DNA of 64,000 nucleotides from Candidatus Moraniibacteriota bacterium (GTDB lineage Bacteria; Patescibacteriota; Minisyncoccia; Moranbacterales; UBA1568): NCBI GenBank assembly GCA_963778555.1, contig CAVZUR010000003.1, positions 117,704 to 181,703 of the forward strand, read 5' to 3'. Shown piece by piece: positions 10,040 to 19,161 of this stretch (position 1 is its first letter; each line of letters starts with the position of its first letter). The notes under the pieces were generated by a model. It saw only the letters and a program-made list of their open reading frames with translations, ran no database searches and was not told where the DNA came from. The position numbers and the translations under genes were made by a program.

Positions 10040-10591
10040 TTAGTCGACAATTTCAGCTTGGAGATGCCGGCGACCAAAGGCAAATGCCTCGCTCTTTGTC
10101 TCCACATAGATGTCAAAATGATTGCCTTTAATTGCACCACCACGATCTTCACAGCGGAATTCGCCTAAGCCTTCTATAGCAATCTTGGCGCCAAAAGGAT
10201 AGTTCGGGGGGCAGGCAAGAGTGCGGTCTTTAGTGACTTTTAGACCCGAGGCCGTGATACCATCATTTTTTCCACACTCATCGGCCGCGGCCGTATATGC
10301 TGAAGCATTGATAGTGAGGCGCTGGCCAGTCTGAAGTTTCGCCCATAAATGGGACTGCTTATTTTTCCAACGGGCAAGTTTCTTCTCATCGCCAGTCAGT
10401 TCGCCATTCGCTGTGACCGCTGCTTTGTTATGTTCCACCCCAAAGGCCCAAATGAAGAGCAGGGGATCTGACGCGATGTCATACCGAACGGGGATAATTG
10501 GCATCTCCTGGCTCGCCATCGAAGCTGAAGCGACGGGCGTAAACGCTGCTAGTGAAAGCACAATTAATATTAGGGCCGGGAATAAATACAT
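10040..10591 (-). CDS. secreted 3D-domain protein (MltA/RlpA-like double-psi beta-barrel; probable cell-wall binding/lytic)
   Basis: It has a signal peptide and the C-terminal motif ACPPNYPFGAKIAIEGLGEFRCEDRGGAIKGNHFDIYV (3D-domain D..GGAI.G...D). Confidence 0.6.
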   Translation of the reverse strand: MYLFPALILIVLSLAAFTPVASASMASQEMPIIPVRYDIASDPLLFIWAFGVEHNKAAVTANGELTGDEKKLARWKNKQSHLWAKLQTGQRLTINASAYTAAADECGKNDGITASGLKVTKDRTLACPPNYPFGAKIAIEGLGEFRCEDRGGAIKGNHFDIYVETKSEAFAFGRRHLQAEIVD

Positions 10592-10871
10592 AGATTACCT
10601 TTACACATAAGCCGGGGCAAGGGAAGTTTCATAGAATAGGTCCTCGCCACCGGGTCAGCCTTTTTGCACGACTGAATATAGTATCATATATTTATAGTTC
10701 TGTCAATGATTCCAGTATGTTGGAGATTTTTCAGAGTCATAAACTCTGTACTAAACAGAATAGGGCTTATATAAGCCCTATTGACGCACAATGAAAGGTG
10801 TGTCAAAATCTCTTGGCAGCTAATGATGTTTCAGGCTGTTTTTTGTTCACTAACAATCGGAGAAGCAACAG

Positions 10872-11225
10872 ATGTCTATTAATGCACAGGAACGACTCCT
10901 CATCGTGCTGAGGGGTACTGGAGACAGCCCTACTGCACCACACAAGAGCATGACTGCCCACACCCTCACCGCGACCATCCATACGCTCTTTCCGGATCGC
11001 TCCTACAACTTTGGTACCGTTGTCCTCTACATGGGACGACTCAGAGACCGATTCATGGTCAGTGTTGTCTACCAAAACAGCGAACTGCACTATCGTTTGA
11101 CCCGGGCCGGCCTGGATGAAGCTATCCGGTGCTGGAATAAGCGGACGGAACTTGGCTATCAAGCACCAAGAAAAGCTCGTGAGGCAGCCAAAGCCGAGTC
11201 AGAAATCACTCCTACATCTACCTAG
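10872..11225 (+). CDS. small hypothetical protein, possible winged-helix DNA-binding fold
   Basis: Only the pattern FGTVVLYMGRLRDRFMVSVVYQNSELHYRLTRAG resembles a wHTH wing, so this call is weak. Confidence 0.3.
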   Translation: MSINAQERLLIVLRGTGDSPTAPHKSMTAHTLTATIHTLFPDRSYNFGTVVLYMGRLRDRFMVSVVYQNSELHYRLTRAGLDEAIRCWNKRTELGYQAPRKAREAAKAESEITPTST

Positions 11226-11297
11226 ACATGTCATTGCGCAGCGGCGCTAACAAAGCGGGGTACTCTGTCGAGTACCCCGCTTTTCCATTTTTTTAGT

Positions 11298-11684
11298 CTA
11301 TTGGATGACTTCGCGCAGAATCTTGATGGCTTTCTCTGGTGTCGTGAGCGCTTTCACGAGATAGAAATGCGTTTCAAATTGGCCGACTTTTTTGTAGGTC
11401 TCCTCATCATCGACATTGGAGAGTATAACGACCGGAATCCGGCGGAGTTCGGTGTCTGCACCTAATTCCTCCAATACCTCAAAGCCGTTTTTCTTCGGCA
11501 TTTGAAGATCGAGGATGATTGCCTTTGGCCGATGCTCTCGAACGACTTGGAGACCCTCTTCACCATCCTTCGCCAATACGGCGTCGAAGCCTTCACGGTT
11601 CAAGTTAAGGAGATAAATCTCCCGGAGATCAGCATCATCATCGATGACGCACACTTTCGGTCGCACGAAAGGATTTTCATCCAT
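11298..11684 (-). CDS. single-domain response regulator (CheY-like receiver), orphan
   Basis: The receiver-domain signature is present in VCVIDDDADLREIY...AIILDLQMP...PVVILS. Confidence 0.8.
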   Translation of the reverse strand: MDENPFVRPKVCVIDDDADLREIYLLNLNREGFDAVLAKDGEEGLQVVREHRPKAIILDLQMPKKNGFEVLEELGADTELRRIPVVILSNVDDEETYKKVGQFETHFYLVKALTTPEKAIKILREVIQ

Positions 11685-11736
11685 AGTATAATCAGTATAT
11701 CACATCACATTTGTATAACTCATGTGACGGGTATGC

Positions 11737-12141
11737 TTGACCTCTATGGCTTGGAATGCGCTGACGGCTGATGAAGCGAACATAATTGTTGGGCAGGGAA
11801 CTGAGGCGCCGTTCTCCGGTGTGTATGATGCATTCTTTGCGCCCGGCACCTATGTCTGTCGGCGCTGTAATGCTCCGCTTTATGATGCTCGGACAAAATT
11901 TGATGCTGGCTGCGGCTGGCCGGCTTTTGATGCTGATTTCCCGGATGCAGTGAAGCGCCTGATAGATGCTGACACATCCCGCACTGAGATCCGCTGCGCT
12001 CACTGCGACGCTCATCTGGGCCATGTTTTCTTAGGCGAACATCTGACCGATAAAGATTCCCGCCACTGCGTGAACTCATTGTCGCTACGCTTCATTCCAA
12101 GCGGGAATGAACTACCGCCCGTACTCGATGGTAATAAATAG
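11737..12141 (+). CDS. msrB: peptide-methionine (R)-S-oxide reductase MsrB
   Basis: GTYVCRRCNAPLYDARTKFDAGCGWPAF...RTEIRCAHCDAHLGHVF carries the CxxC pairs and catalytic Cys of MsrB. Confidence 0.9.
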   Translation: MTSMAWNALTADEANIIVGQGTEAPFSGVYDAFFAPGTYVCRRCNAPLYDARTKFDAGCGWPAFDADFPDAVKRLIDADTSRTEIRCAHCDAHLGHVFLGEHLTDKDSRHCVNSLSLRFIPSGNELPPVLDGNK

Positions 12142-12145
12142 AGTT

Positions 12146-12694
12146 ATGGCGCTCAAAAAAGCAGTACTCGCTGGCGGCTGCTTCTGGTGCACCGAGGCGA
12201 TCTATAAACGACTGCGCGGCATTATCTCCGTCATCCCTGGCTACGCTGGCGGTACGACCGAAAACCCAACATACGAAGAGGTCTTGAGCGGAGCAACCGG
12301 ACATACGGAGTCGATCGAAATAGAATATGATCCAGCACTCATCACTTATGAAAAGATCCTCAGTATTTTTTTCTACACGCATGATCCGACAACCTTGAAT
12401 CGGCAGGGTGCAGATGTCGGCACACAGTATCGCTCGGCAGTCTATTATCGAGACGAGAGGGAACGTGAGACTGCTGAATGCCTCGTAAAGGAACTGGCGG
12501 ACAAAAAAGCCTATGCCGATAAAATTGTCACGGAGATAGCTCCGTTTACAAATTTTTATCCCGCCGAAAACTATCACCGCGACTACTATGATCGTAACCG
12601 ATCGCAGAGCTATTGCAGCTTCGTCATTGACCCGAAGATCGCGAAGTTCCTAAGAGAATATGCTAGCGATGTGAAAGACGCATTCAAAAAATAG
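12146..12694 (+). CDS. msrA: peptide-methionine (S)-S-oxide reductase MsrA
   Basis: The GCFWC motif is in MALKKAVLAGGCFWCTEAIY. I placed the start at the Met just after the msrB stop. Confidence 0.9.
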   Translation: MALKKAVLAGGCFWCTEAIYKRLRGIISVIPGYAGGTTENPTYEEVLSGATGHTESIEIEYDPALITYEKILSIFFYTHDPTTLNRQGADVGTQYRSAVYYRDERERETAECLVKELADKKAYADKIVTEIAPFTNFYPAENYHRDYYDRNRSQSYCSFVIDPKIAKFLREYASDVKDAFKK

Positions 12695-12763
12695 TGTCCG
12701 CCGCGTAAGAAAGACGTCACTGAGGGTGAAGGTGCCGCCCTTCTTTTTTTGAAGATCCTTAGC

Positions 12764-13390
12764 CTATGTTCCTCTGTCCGTCTGACGCCATTCCGGAAGC
12801 GCGGCCATCTTTTTCTCGAGAGCAGAAGCCGGACGCAGCGCCCGCTCATTCGCTCGCGGGACCAGCGGATAATGCCGTGAGGCATCGAGTGCTTCAGCGA
12901 TGTGGGAAAGGTTTTCTTCACTCGTCACCCAGCCAGAGCTGAAACGCGAAAGATTGAAAGGACGCGAATAGGTCCGAAGTGTCTTCCGGCCCGTCGTTGT
13001 CATAAAATATTCATGAAAATACGACAGGGCAAGTTCGCGCACGGTCCGGTAGATCGGATCGCGATACCGGAGTACGCCGTGATTGGTCTTGCTGAGCGCG
13101 CCCCAGAAGCCGTTTTTTCGGAACAGCGTCACGACATGATCAAAGTCATAGTGCAGCGAGCGGAGATCGAGGAGGAGCGGCTCCGCGCCATGATGCCAGA
13201 GTGCAGCGGCCGCAAGGCACGCCGCTTCGATACAATGTGCTTTACCCTCGCGGATCACGACGCGTGGAGAATAGAATGTTTGCCCCTGCTTTTCAAAATT
13301 GAAAGGGAGCGAATCAAGATAATCCTGAATGCGCTCAGGCGTTGAGAGTTTCCGGAGGAGCGCTGATTCTGTTTTCGTTAGAATGGACAT
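12764..13390 (-). CDS. hypothetical protein, possible papain/transglutaminase-like Cys-His fold
   Basis: A 208-aa ORF. GKAHCIEAACLAAAALWHHG could be a catalytic Cys region, but I recognise no family. Confidence 0.35.
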   Translation of the reverse strand: MSILTKTESALLRKLSTPERIQDYLDSLPFNFEKQGQTFYSPRVVIREGKAHCIEAACLAAAALWHHGAEPLLLDLRSLHYDFDHVVTLFRKNGFWGALSKTNHGVLRYRDPIYRTVRELALSYFHEYFMTTTGRKTLRTYSRPFNLSRFSSGWVTSEENLSHIAEALDASRHYPLVPRANERALRPASALEKKMAALPEWRQTDRGT

Positions 13391-13562
13391 GCGTCTAGTA
13401 TAGCGGAAAAGAGAAACGGAATACGTAAGTCATGAAGAACGTTTGGCACAGACTAGTAAATTGGGAAAGAAATATTCGCAATTCCATGAGTACCAGGGTG
13501 TCCATCCTAACCCTCACTCCTCTTTTAAGAAGGCGACTGTTTAAGTAACGGTGTGATGCCTC

Positions 13563-16500
13563 TTACGGAAGAGACTGTCCCATCTTCACCACCGCCCCGC
13601 CACTCCGTTCGTAGTATTCCAAGACGAGGGTGTGACTGCCCGCCGTCAAGGCCTGAGTCACCTGATAAGCCGTCGGTGGCTGGTCAATCCAATGGTCGAG
13701 GATGAGAGCACCATCCACGTAGAGCCGGACGCCGTCGTCGGCCGTAATCTCGAAAAGGTAGTTCCCCGCTATGAAGGTAGCGGTCTGTGTGAAGCGAGCC
13801 GAGAAATTATCAATCGGTACCACTCCATCAGGCGATCCGCCACCCCAGTCGAAATTGATGGCCATATCAGTGCGAGTCAGAGACGGGGTGCCCGAGAGTG
13901 TCTGGTTCGGGAAGAATTCGGAGGTGAATCCGGTGGTCGGTACAGGGGGTGGGGTGGTACCAATCTTGGCATAACTTGCCTTGGCGACCGCACCTCCGGT
14001 CCGCTCATAAAAATCCACTCGGAGCGCATGCGTACCCGCCGTCACAACGACGTCTGCGGTATGAATTGTCTCAGCATGATCGTTCCACTGATCGATAACG
14101 GAGGCGCCATCCAAAAAGACGCGGATACCGTCATCGCTTGCTGTTGTGAAACGATAGGTGCCGGCTTCGAAGGTATCGTTTTTTGTCCACTGCGCGACGA
14201 AATGGTCCACACTGACAAGGGAATTAGGTGAAATGTCTCCCCAGTCGAAATCGATGGCTGTCTCGTTTTGCGTCAAGGTCGGGGGAGTAACTGGAATTGC
14301 GGGAGCAGCTCCGGCAGCGGGCGTATTCCAATAGCTCCCTACCCAGACAGTCGAGGGAGGGGGGACAGTACCTCCAACTTTTGTAAATCCGAACTGTGCC
14401 ACCGCCCCGCCAGCATTCTCGTAATACTCCACTCGCAGAACATGACTCCCCGCTGTAAGAGAACGAGTCGTTGTATATGTTGTTGGACCCTGGTCGATCC
14501 AGTGGTCGATAACAGCGACATCATCCACATAGACCCGAATGCCATCATCCGCTGTCGCCGTAAACTCATAATCGCCGGCTGTGAAAGTTTCAGTTTTGGA
14601 CCAGCGAGCCGAGAAATTATCAATCGGTACCACTCCATCAGGCGATCCGCCACCCCAGTCGAAATTGATGGCCATATCAGTGCGAGTCAGAGACGGGGTG
14701 CCCGAGAGTGTCTGGTTCGGGAAGAATTCGGAGGTGAATCCGGTGGTCGGTACAGGTGGTGGGGTGGTACCAATCTTGGCATAACTTGCCTTGGCGACCG
14801 CACCTCCGGTCCGCTCATAAAAATCCACTCGGAGCGCATGCGTACCCGCCGTCACAACGACGTCTGCGGTATGAATTGTCTCAGCATGATCGTTCCACTG
14901 ATCGATAACGGAGGCGCCATCCAAAAAGACGCGGATACCGTCATCGCTTGCTGTTGTGAAACGATAGGTGCCGGCTTCGAAGGTATCGTTTTTTGTCCAC
15001 TGCGCGACGAAATGGTCCACACTGACAAGGGAATTAGGTGAAATGTCTCCCCAGTCGAAATCGATGGCTGTCTCGTTTTGCGTCAAGGTCGGGGGAGTAA
15101 CTGGAATTGCGGGAGCAGCTCCGGCAGCGGGCGTATTCCAATAGCTCCCTACCCAGACAGTCGAGGGAGGGGGGACAGTACCTCCAACTTTTGTAAATCC
15201 GAACTGTGCCACCGCCCCGCCAGCATTCTCGTAATACTCCACTCGCAGAACATGACTCCCCGCTGTAAGAGAACGAGTCGTTGTATATGTTGTTGGACCC
15301 TGGTCGATCCAGTGGTCGATAACAGCGACATCATCCACATAGACCCGAATGCCATCATCCGCTGTCGCCGTAAACTCATAATCGCCGGCTGTGAAAGTTT
15401 CAGTTTTGGACCAGCGAGCCGAGAAATTATCAATCGGTACCACTCCATCAGGCGATCCGCCACCCCAGTCGAAATTGATGGCCATATCAGTGCGAGTCAG
15501 AGACGGGGTGCCCGAGAGTGTCTGGTTGCTAAAATATTCCGCCGCATACCGCTGTGCTTCAGTGAAGACCGCGGTGTATGTCGTGTCGCTTTCGGGCGTG
15601 ATAAGAGTCCTTGCCTGTGCACCGCCATCGAGCCAATGATTGAACTGATAGGAAATGCCGTCCTTTGCTTGAGGTGACGGAACACCGAGCTGCCGTTCAA
15701 AACCAACAACACCCGTTATCGTCCGAGGTGCCTGATAGGGACTTCCCTCGAGACTGATGGCGAGTCCAGACGGAACAGTCTGAAACGTCATATCGCTTTT
15801 CAGTGGATAAATATTGACTGACTGCGTCGCTGACAGACCATTGGTGTCAGTCGCGGTAGTCCTGATCTCGTACCAAATATTGCTGGCTGCTTCACCACTT
15901 TTTGGAAGCCTGAACTCATTCGTTCGACCAATCAAGTTCGAGAGGAAGGGATGGATATGGGTATCGTGATGGAGCACCACATCAGTCAGAATGGCAGCAT
16001 CATTCAGGTCGTTCCCGACACCATCAATCGCTGCCGCCTGATAGCGGATGAGGTCTCCGGCACGGAACGTATCCCCATCATTGGGGGCTGCGAGCGTCAC
16101 GATTGGTGGAAAACCAACCTGAACTGCAATCGGTATCGCCTGAGCAAAATTTAGCCCGTCGCTCACAGTGAGTTGCACCGTGTAGGTTCCTTGCGCAGTA
16201 AAGACCTTAGATGGATTCGGATTGGTTGATCCCGTCCCATCGCCGAAATCCCAAGCATACGTGAGCGCATCACCGTCTGGATCGCTTGATCCAAGACTGG
16301 AGAACCCCACTGTGAGTGGCTCGATGCCTTTGACCACATCGGCGCTCGCATTCGCGATGGGCAGATGGTTATCCGTCGCATAGGTGATGCGATAAAGCCG
16401 ACCGGGAAAATATGTGACATAGTAGATTGATCCGTCCTGCGCGGTCTTCAGATCAACGACGCTTCCCGCATTCGTGTCGAAGTCAAAGACGCCGGCATTG

Positions 16501-17549
16501 TGCCCTTCGCCATCGAGATGCATATACCGGATGAAACCTTGGGCATAATCACTGAAAAAAAGCGCGCCTCGGTATGTTTCCGGAAACATAGTCCCCCGAT
16601 AAATTGGGCCGCCGGTCACCGCTGCACTCTGGCCATTGTGGTTATAGGTGTACTCCGGATCAACAAAACCAGCACAAACAGCGATGCACTCCCCCTCATG
16701 GAGAGGCCAGCCATAATTAGCTCCTTTACGAACGAGGTTGATTTCTTCCCAGGTAAAATTTCCGACATCGCCCACATAGAGCCGATCTGTCGCGCTATCG
16801 AATTGAAACCGCCAGGGATTACGGAGTCCATAGGCGAAAATCTCACCGAGCGCTCCCGGGGTGTTTACGAACGGATTATCGCTCGGGATAGTACCATCCT
16901 TATTGATGCGGAGAATCTTTCCGTGCGGATTGTCGAGCTGCTGCGCGAGCGGGGGATTACCGTTATCGCCGACCGCGAAATACAGTTTCCCATCGGTGCC
17001 GAACCGGATGCTGCCTCCGACGTGAAGTAACTCTGAGGGAAAGGCTGTCTGATAGAGGATGAAAGGGTCTTCGGTTGCGGTGTCCCCGGAGGCGTCAAAG
17101 CGAACCAGGCGGTTTAACTGATCCAGACCGGTGTAGTAGAAGTACACGTAGTGATTGGAGGAAAAGTTCGGATCAAAGGCAATGCCGATCAAGCCTCGAT
17201 CACCGGAAGCGATGGAGGGAAGCTCCACGAAAGGGGTAGGCAAAAGACTTCCGTTCTTGTAAATCTTGATGGCACCGGTCCGCTCTAGAATGAAGATGCG
17301 GCCATCCGGAGCGAATTCAAAAGCCGAAGGCCCGTCCAGTCCGGAACCAATGATCTGAGTGATCTGAAAATCTGCTGGTGGTGCGGCCTGGGCTAGGGAA
17401 ATTCCTATGAAGCAAACGCTCACAGAAAAAATCATCGCTCGAAACAGAGGGTTGATGGACGGAAGGTGCTTAAAAGAAGATTGGGACTGCATACACTGAT
17501 TACGGTGAATCATAGGAACATATTTCGATGACTCTTTGGTATAGGACAC
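13563..17549 (-). CDS. giant secreted multidomain protein: signal peptide, soluble-quinoprotein-glucose/sorbosone-dehydrogenase-like beta-propeller, PKD domain, then five PA14 domains arranged as 270-aa tandem repeats
   Basis: The N-terminus is a signal peptide. GLRNPWRFQFD with YVYFYYT marks an SGDH propeller. YAWDFGDGTGS...GTYTVQLTVSDG marks a PKD domain. The FTAGDYEFTATADDGIRVYVDDV...EYYENAGGAV pattern repeats as PA14 domains. Confidence 0.8.
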   Translation of the reverse strand: MSYTKESSKYVPMIHRNQCMQSQSSFKHLPSINPLFRAMIFSVSVCFIGISLAQAAPPADFQITQIIGSGLDGPSAFEFAPDGRIFILERTGAIKIYKNGSLLPTPFVELPSIASGDRGLIGIAFDPNFSSNHYVYFYYTGLDQLNRLVRFDASGDTATEDPFILYQTAFPSELLHVGGSIRFGTDGKLYFAVGDNGNPPLAQQLDNPHGKILRINKDGTIPSDNPFVNTPGALGEIFAYGLRNPWRFQFDSATDRLYVGDVGNFTWEEINLVRKGANYGWPLHEGECIAVCAGFVDPEYTYNHNGQSAAVTGGPIYRGTMFPETYRGALFFSDYAQGFIRYMHLDGEGHNAGVFDFDTNAGSVVDLKTAQDGSIYYVTYFPGRLYRITYATDNHLPIANASADVVKGIEPLTVGFSSLGSSDPDGDALTYAWDFGDGTGSTNPNPSKVFTAQGTYTVQLTVSDGLNFAQAIPIAVQVGFPPIVTLAAPNDGDTFRAGDLIRYQAAAIDGVGNDLNDAAILTDVVLHHDTHIHPFLSNLIGRTNEFRLPKSGEAASNIWYEIRTTATDTNGLSATQSVNIYPLKSDMTFQTVPSGLAISLEGSPYQAPRTITGVVGFERQLGVPSPQAKDGISYQFNHWLDGGAQARTLITPESDTTYTAVFTEAQRYAAEYFSNQTLSGTPSLTRTDMAINFDWGGGSPDGVVPIDNFSARWSKTETFTAGDYEFTATADDGIRVYVDDVAVIDHWIDQGPTTYTTTRSLTAGSHVLRVEYYENAGGAVAQFGFTKVGGTVPPPSTVWVGSYWNTPAAGAAPAIPVTPPTLTQNETAIDFDWGDISPNSLVSVDHFVAQWTKNDTFEAGTYRFTTASDDGIRVFLDGASVIDQWNDHAETIHTADVVVTAGTHALRVDFYERTGGAVAKASYAKIGTTPPPVPTTGFTSEFFPNQTLSGTPSLTRTDMAINFDWGGGSPDGVVPIDNFSARWSKTETFTAGDYEFTATADDGIRVYVDDVAVIDHWIDQGPTTYTTTRSLTAGSHVLRVEYYENAGGAVAQFGFTKVGGTVPPPSTVWVGSYWNTPAAGAAPAIPVTPPTLTQNETAIDFDWGDISPNSLVSVDHFVAQWTKNDTFEAGTYRFTTASDDGIRVFLDGASVIDQWNDHAETIHTADVVVTAGTHALRVDFYERTGGAVAKASYAKIGTTPPPVPTTGFTSEFFPNQTLSGTPSLTRTDMAINFDWGGGSPDGVVPIDNFSARFTQTATFIAGNYLFEITADDGVRLYVDGALILDHWIDQPPTAYQVTQALTAGSHTLVLEYYERSGGAVVKMGQSLP
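13786..15528. repeat. tandem direct repeat, unit 810 bp, about 2.15 copies, essentially identical at DNA level (encodes the 270-aa double-PA14 repeat)
   Basis: Byproduct ORFs 13771..13974 and 14581..14784 are identical, as are 14339..14653 and 15149..15463, each pair offset by exactly 810 bp. Confidence 0.85.
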
Positions 17550-17562
17550 TCATAGCCTCCTG

Positions 17563-19161
17563 TCAAGGCTGGATACTGTCCGCCACCGAAAGCGCTCGGG
17601 GCAAACGCTTATAGATTAAGAGTCCCCCTCGACTCCACTCCAATCGGTAAAAATTCTGAAAAGCAAAATCGATACTGCCTTGCTCCTCCAGAGTAAAATA
17701 ATTCACCCCGGTATCGAAAACAATCCATTCGACGTGTTTCTCAGGCCGATGTACTGCATCTTTCCAATAGCCCCGATTCCCCTCAGTGACAAACTCCTGC
17801 ATGAGTAAACCCGTATGAAAAATAAATGGATCATTGGAGATTGGAACCAAAAGAATCCGACCACCAACGTAGGCCTCTTTCAAGAATTTCCCCCCTGTCG
17901 CCTGTTTATTCTCGGAAATCGTTTGAAACTGTAGCGGCTCCTTGAGTGTGATGGGGAGATCGCGATACAAGAAGAAGATCTGCAGGACCATTAGCGTCCC
18001 GAGGCCCGCTCCAATGAACAGGTGGCGCCAGGAGAAAAGGTTCGCCATGACGAGTGCAACGAGAGGGAGCATCAGCAGTCCATAGCGGACATTGAACAGT
18101 GAGCCCTCTGGAGGGAGAGTGGGGAGATACAACGCGGTAATCCCGAAATAAAGAGCAGCGACTTCAAAGAGAGCCACCGAAAGAAAGAGCAGGATGACAA
18201 TCCGATACCGCCGCTCCCGCCAAAAGAGAAACGGTAGGAAGAAGAGTGCCAACCACACAAGGAGAAAGCCGCAGGTTTCACCCACGGAGGAGAAGTAATA
18301 GTGGAGCGCGGCGGAGAGATTGTGAGCGGTCGGCAAGAGACCGGCTCCCTCAAGCACTCCTTGTTGGGATTGCGCACTGTAATTGCCTGAAAGGAAGTAG
18401 AGTGGATTTCCGAAAATCGCCCAATTCCACAAGAACCAGAGGAGCGGACCGAAACCGGCAAGGAGCGCAAAGGTGATACCCAGACCCTCAGCGCGCTTGA
18501 AACCACCCCAGCGATAAGCGAGAACAATAACAGTCAGAGTTCCGGCGGCAATGAAGAACCAGCCCTCATACCGAACCAATGTGCTGAGGAGTCCAAAAAG
18601 GGCGGCGAGGACAAGGCTCCCGATCGACCGAGTGAGGCTCCAGCGTGTCAGGAAATATGCAGATGCTACCAGTGTGAACAGAAACAAGCTCTCTCCCATA
18701 GGTGTGGTCTGGAGATACAAGAGATTTGGATTGGATACTACGATGAGGCTTGTAATGAAGGCGACGGTGCGGTTTTCTGTCAGGATTTCGGCTAAACGGA
18801 AAGTATAGTAGACGGTACCGAGAAAGGCGAGACCTCCCACAATTCCTCCGGCCAGGCCCGTATGCCACAATCCGTCGCTCCAGACGAAAAGAAGCATCAA
18901 CACATGAGGGAGGGGCAACCACACCCCGCCGATTTGCGTCGCGCCGGGTGTGAGCCCTTCAATGAGCCGGCGGGCGATATTGAGATGACTGGCGGCGTCA
19001 CCGTAGGCGACTGCGACACCGTTCATATATGACCACCAGAACATTGACAGGCTGGCAGCCAATCCCACGATCATGAGGATAGGCAGCGCATCCACCTCGA
19101 AAGAAATGGGGCGTCGCAACCAACTTTCAAATTCTGGTTTGTTATTTAGCCAGAGATTCAT
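17563..19161 (-). CDS. polytopic membrane protein, possibly glycosyltransferase family 39/83-like (PMT/ArnT-like) partner of the downstream GT2
   Basis: More than 10 TM helices and a large periplasmic C-terminal domain. The start is uncertain; the ORF extends to 19269 and overlaps the GT2 3' end. Confidence 0.4.
   Translation of the reverse strand: MNLWLNNKPEFESWLRRPISFEVDALPILMIVGLAASLSMFWWSYMNGVAVAYGDAASHLNIARRLIEGLTPGATQIGGVWLPLPHVLMLLFVWSDGLWHTGLAGGIVGGLAFLGTVYYTFRLAEILTENRTVAFITSLIVVSNPNLLYLQTTPMGESLFLFTLVASAYFLTRWSLTRSIGSLVLAALFGLLSTLVRYEGWFFIAAGTLTVIVLAYRWGGFKRAEGLGITFALLAGFGPLLWFLWNWAIFGNPLYFLSGNYSAQSQQGVLEGAGLLPTAHNLSAALHYYFSSVGETCGFLLVWLALFFLPFLFWRERRYRIVILLFLSVALFEVAALYFGITALYLPTLPPEGSLFNVRYGLLMLPLVALVMANLFSWRHLFIGAGLGTLMVLQIFFLYRDLPITLKEPLQFQTISENKQATGGKFLKEAYVGGRILLVPISNDPFIFHTGLLMQEFVTEGNRGYWKDAVHRPEKHVEWIVFDTGVNYFTLEEQGSIDFAFQNFYRLEWSRGGLLIYKRLPRALSVADSIQP

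Noticed and set aside
13786-15528. Regular long direct repeats that could be mistaken for a CRISPR-like or satellite array
   Set aside because: The repeat units are 810 bp, lie in frame within one long ORF, and encode PA14 domains. They are protein tandem repeats, not spacer-repeat architecture.
14268-15677. Plus-strand ORFs 14268..15041, 15078..15677 and 13632..14231, and the identical small ORFs 13771..13974 and 14581..14784
   Set aside because: They are antisense to the giant PA14-repeat gene. Their near-identity only reflects the 810-bp DNA repeat.
16500-17030. 176-aa plus-strand ORF
   Set aside because: It is antisense to the SGDH-propeller part of the giant secreted protein.
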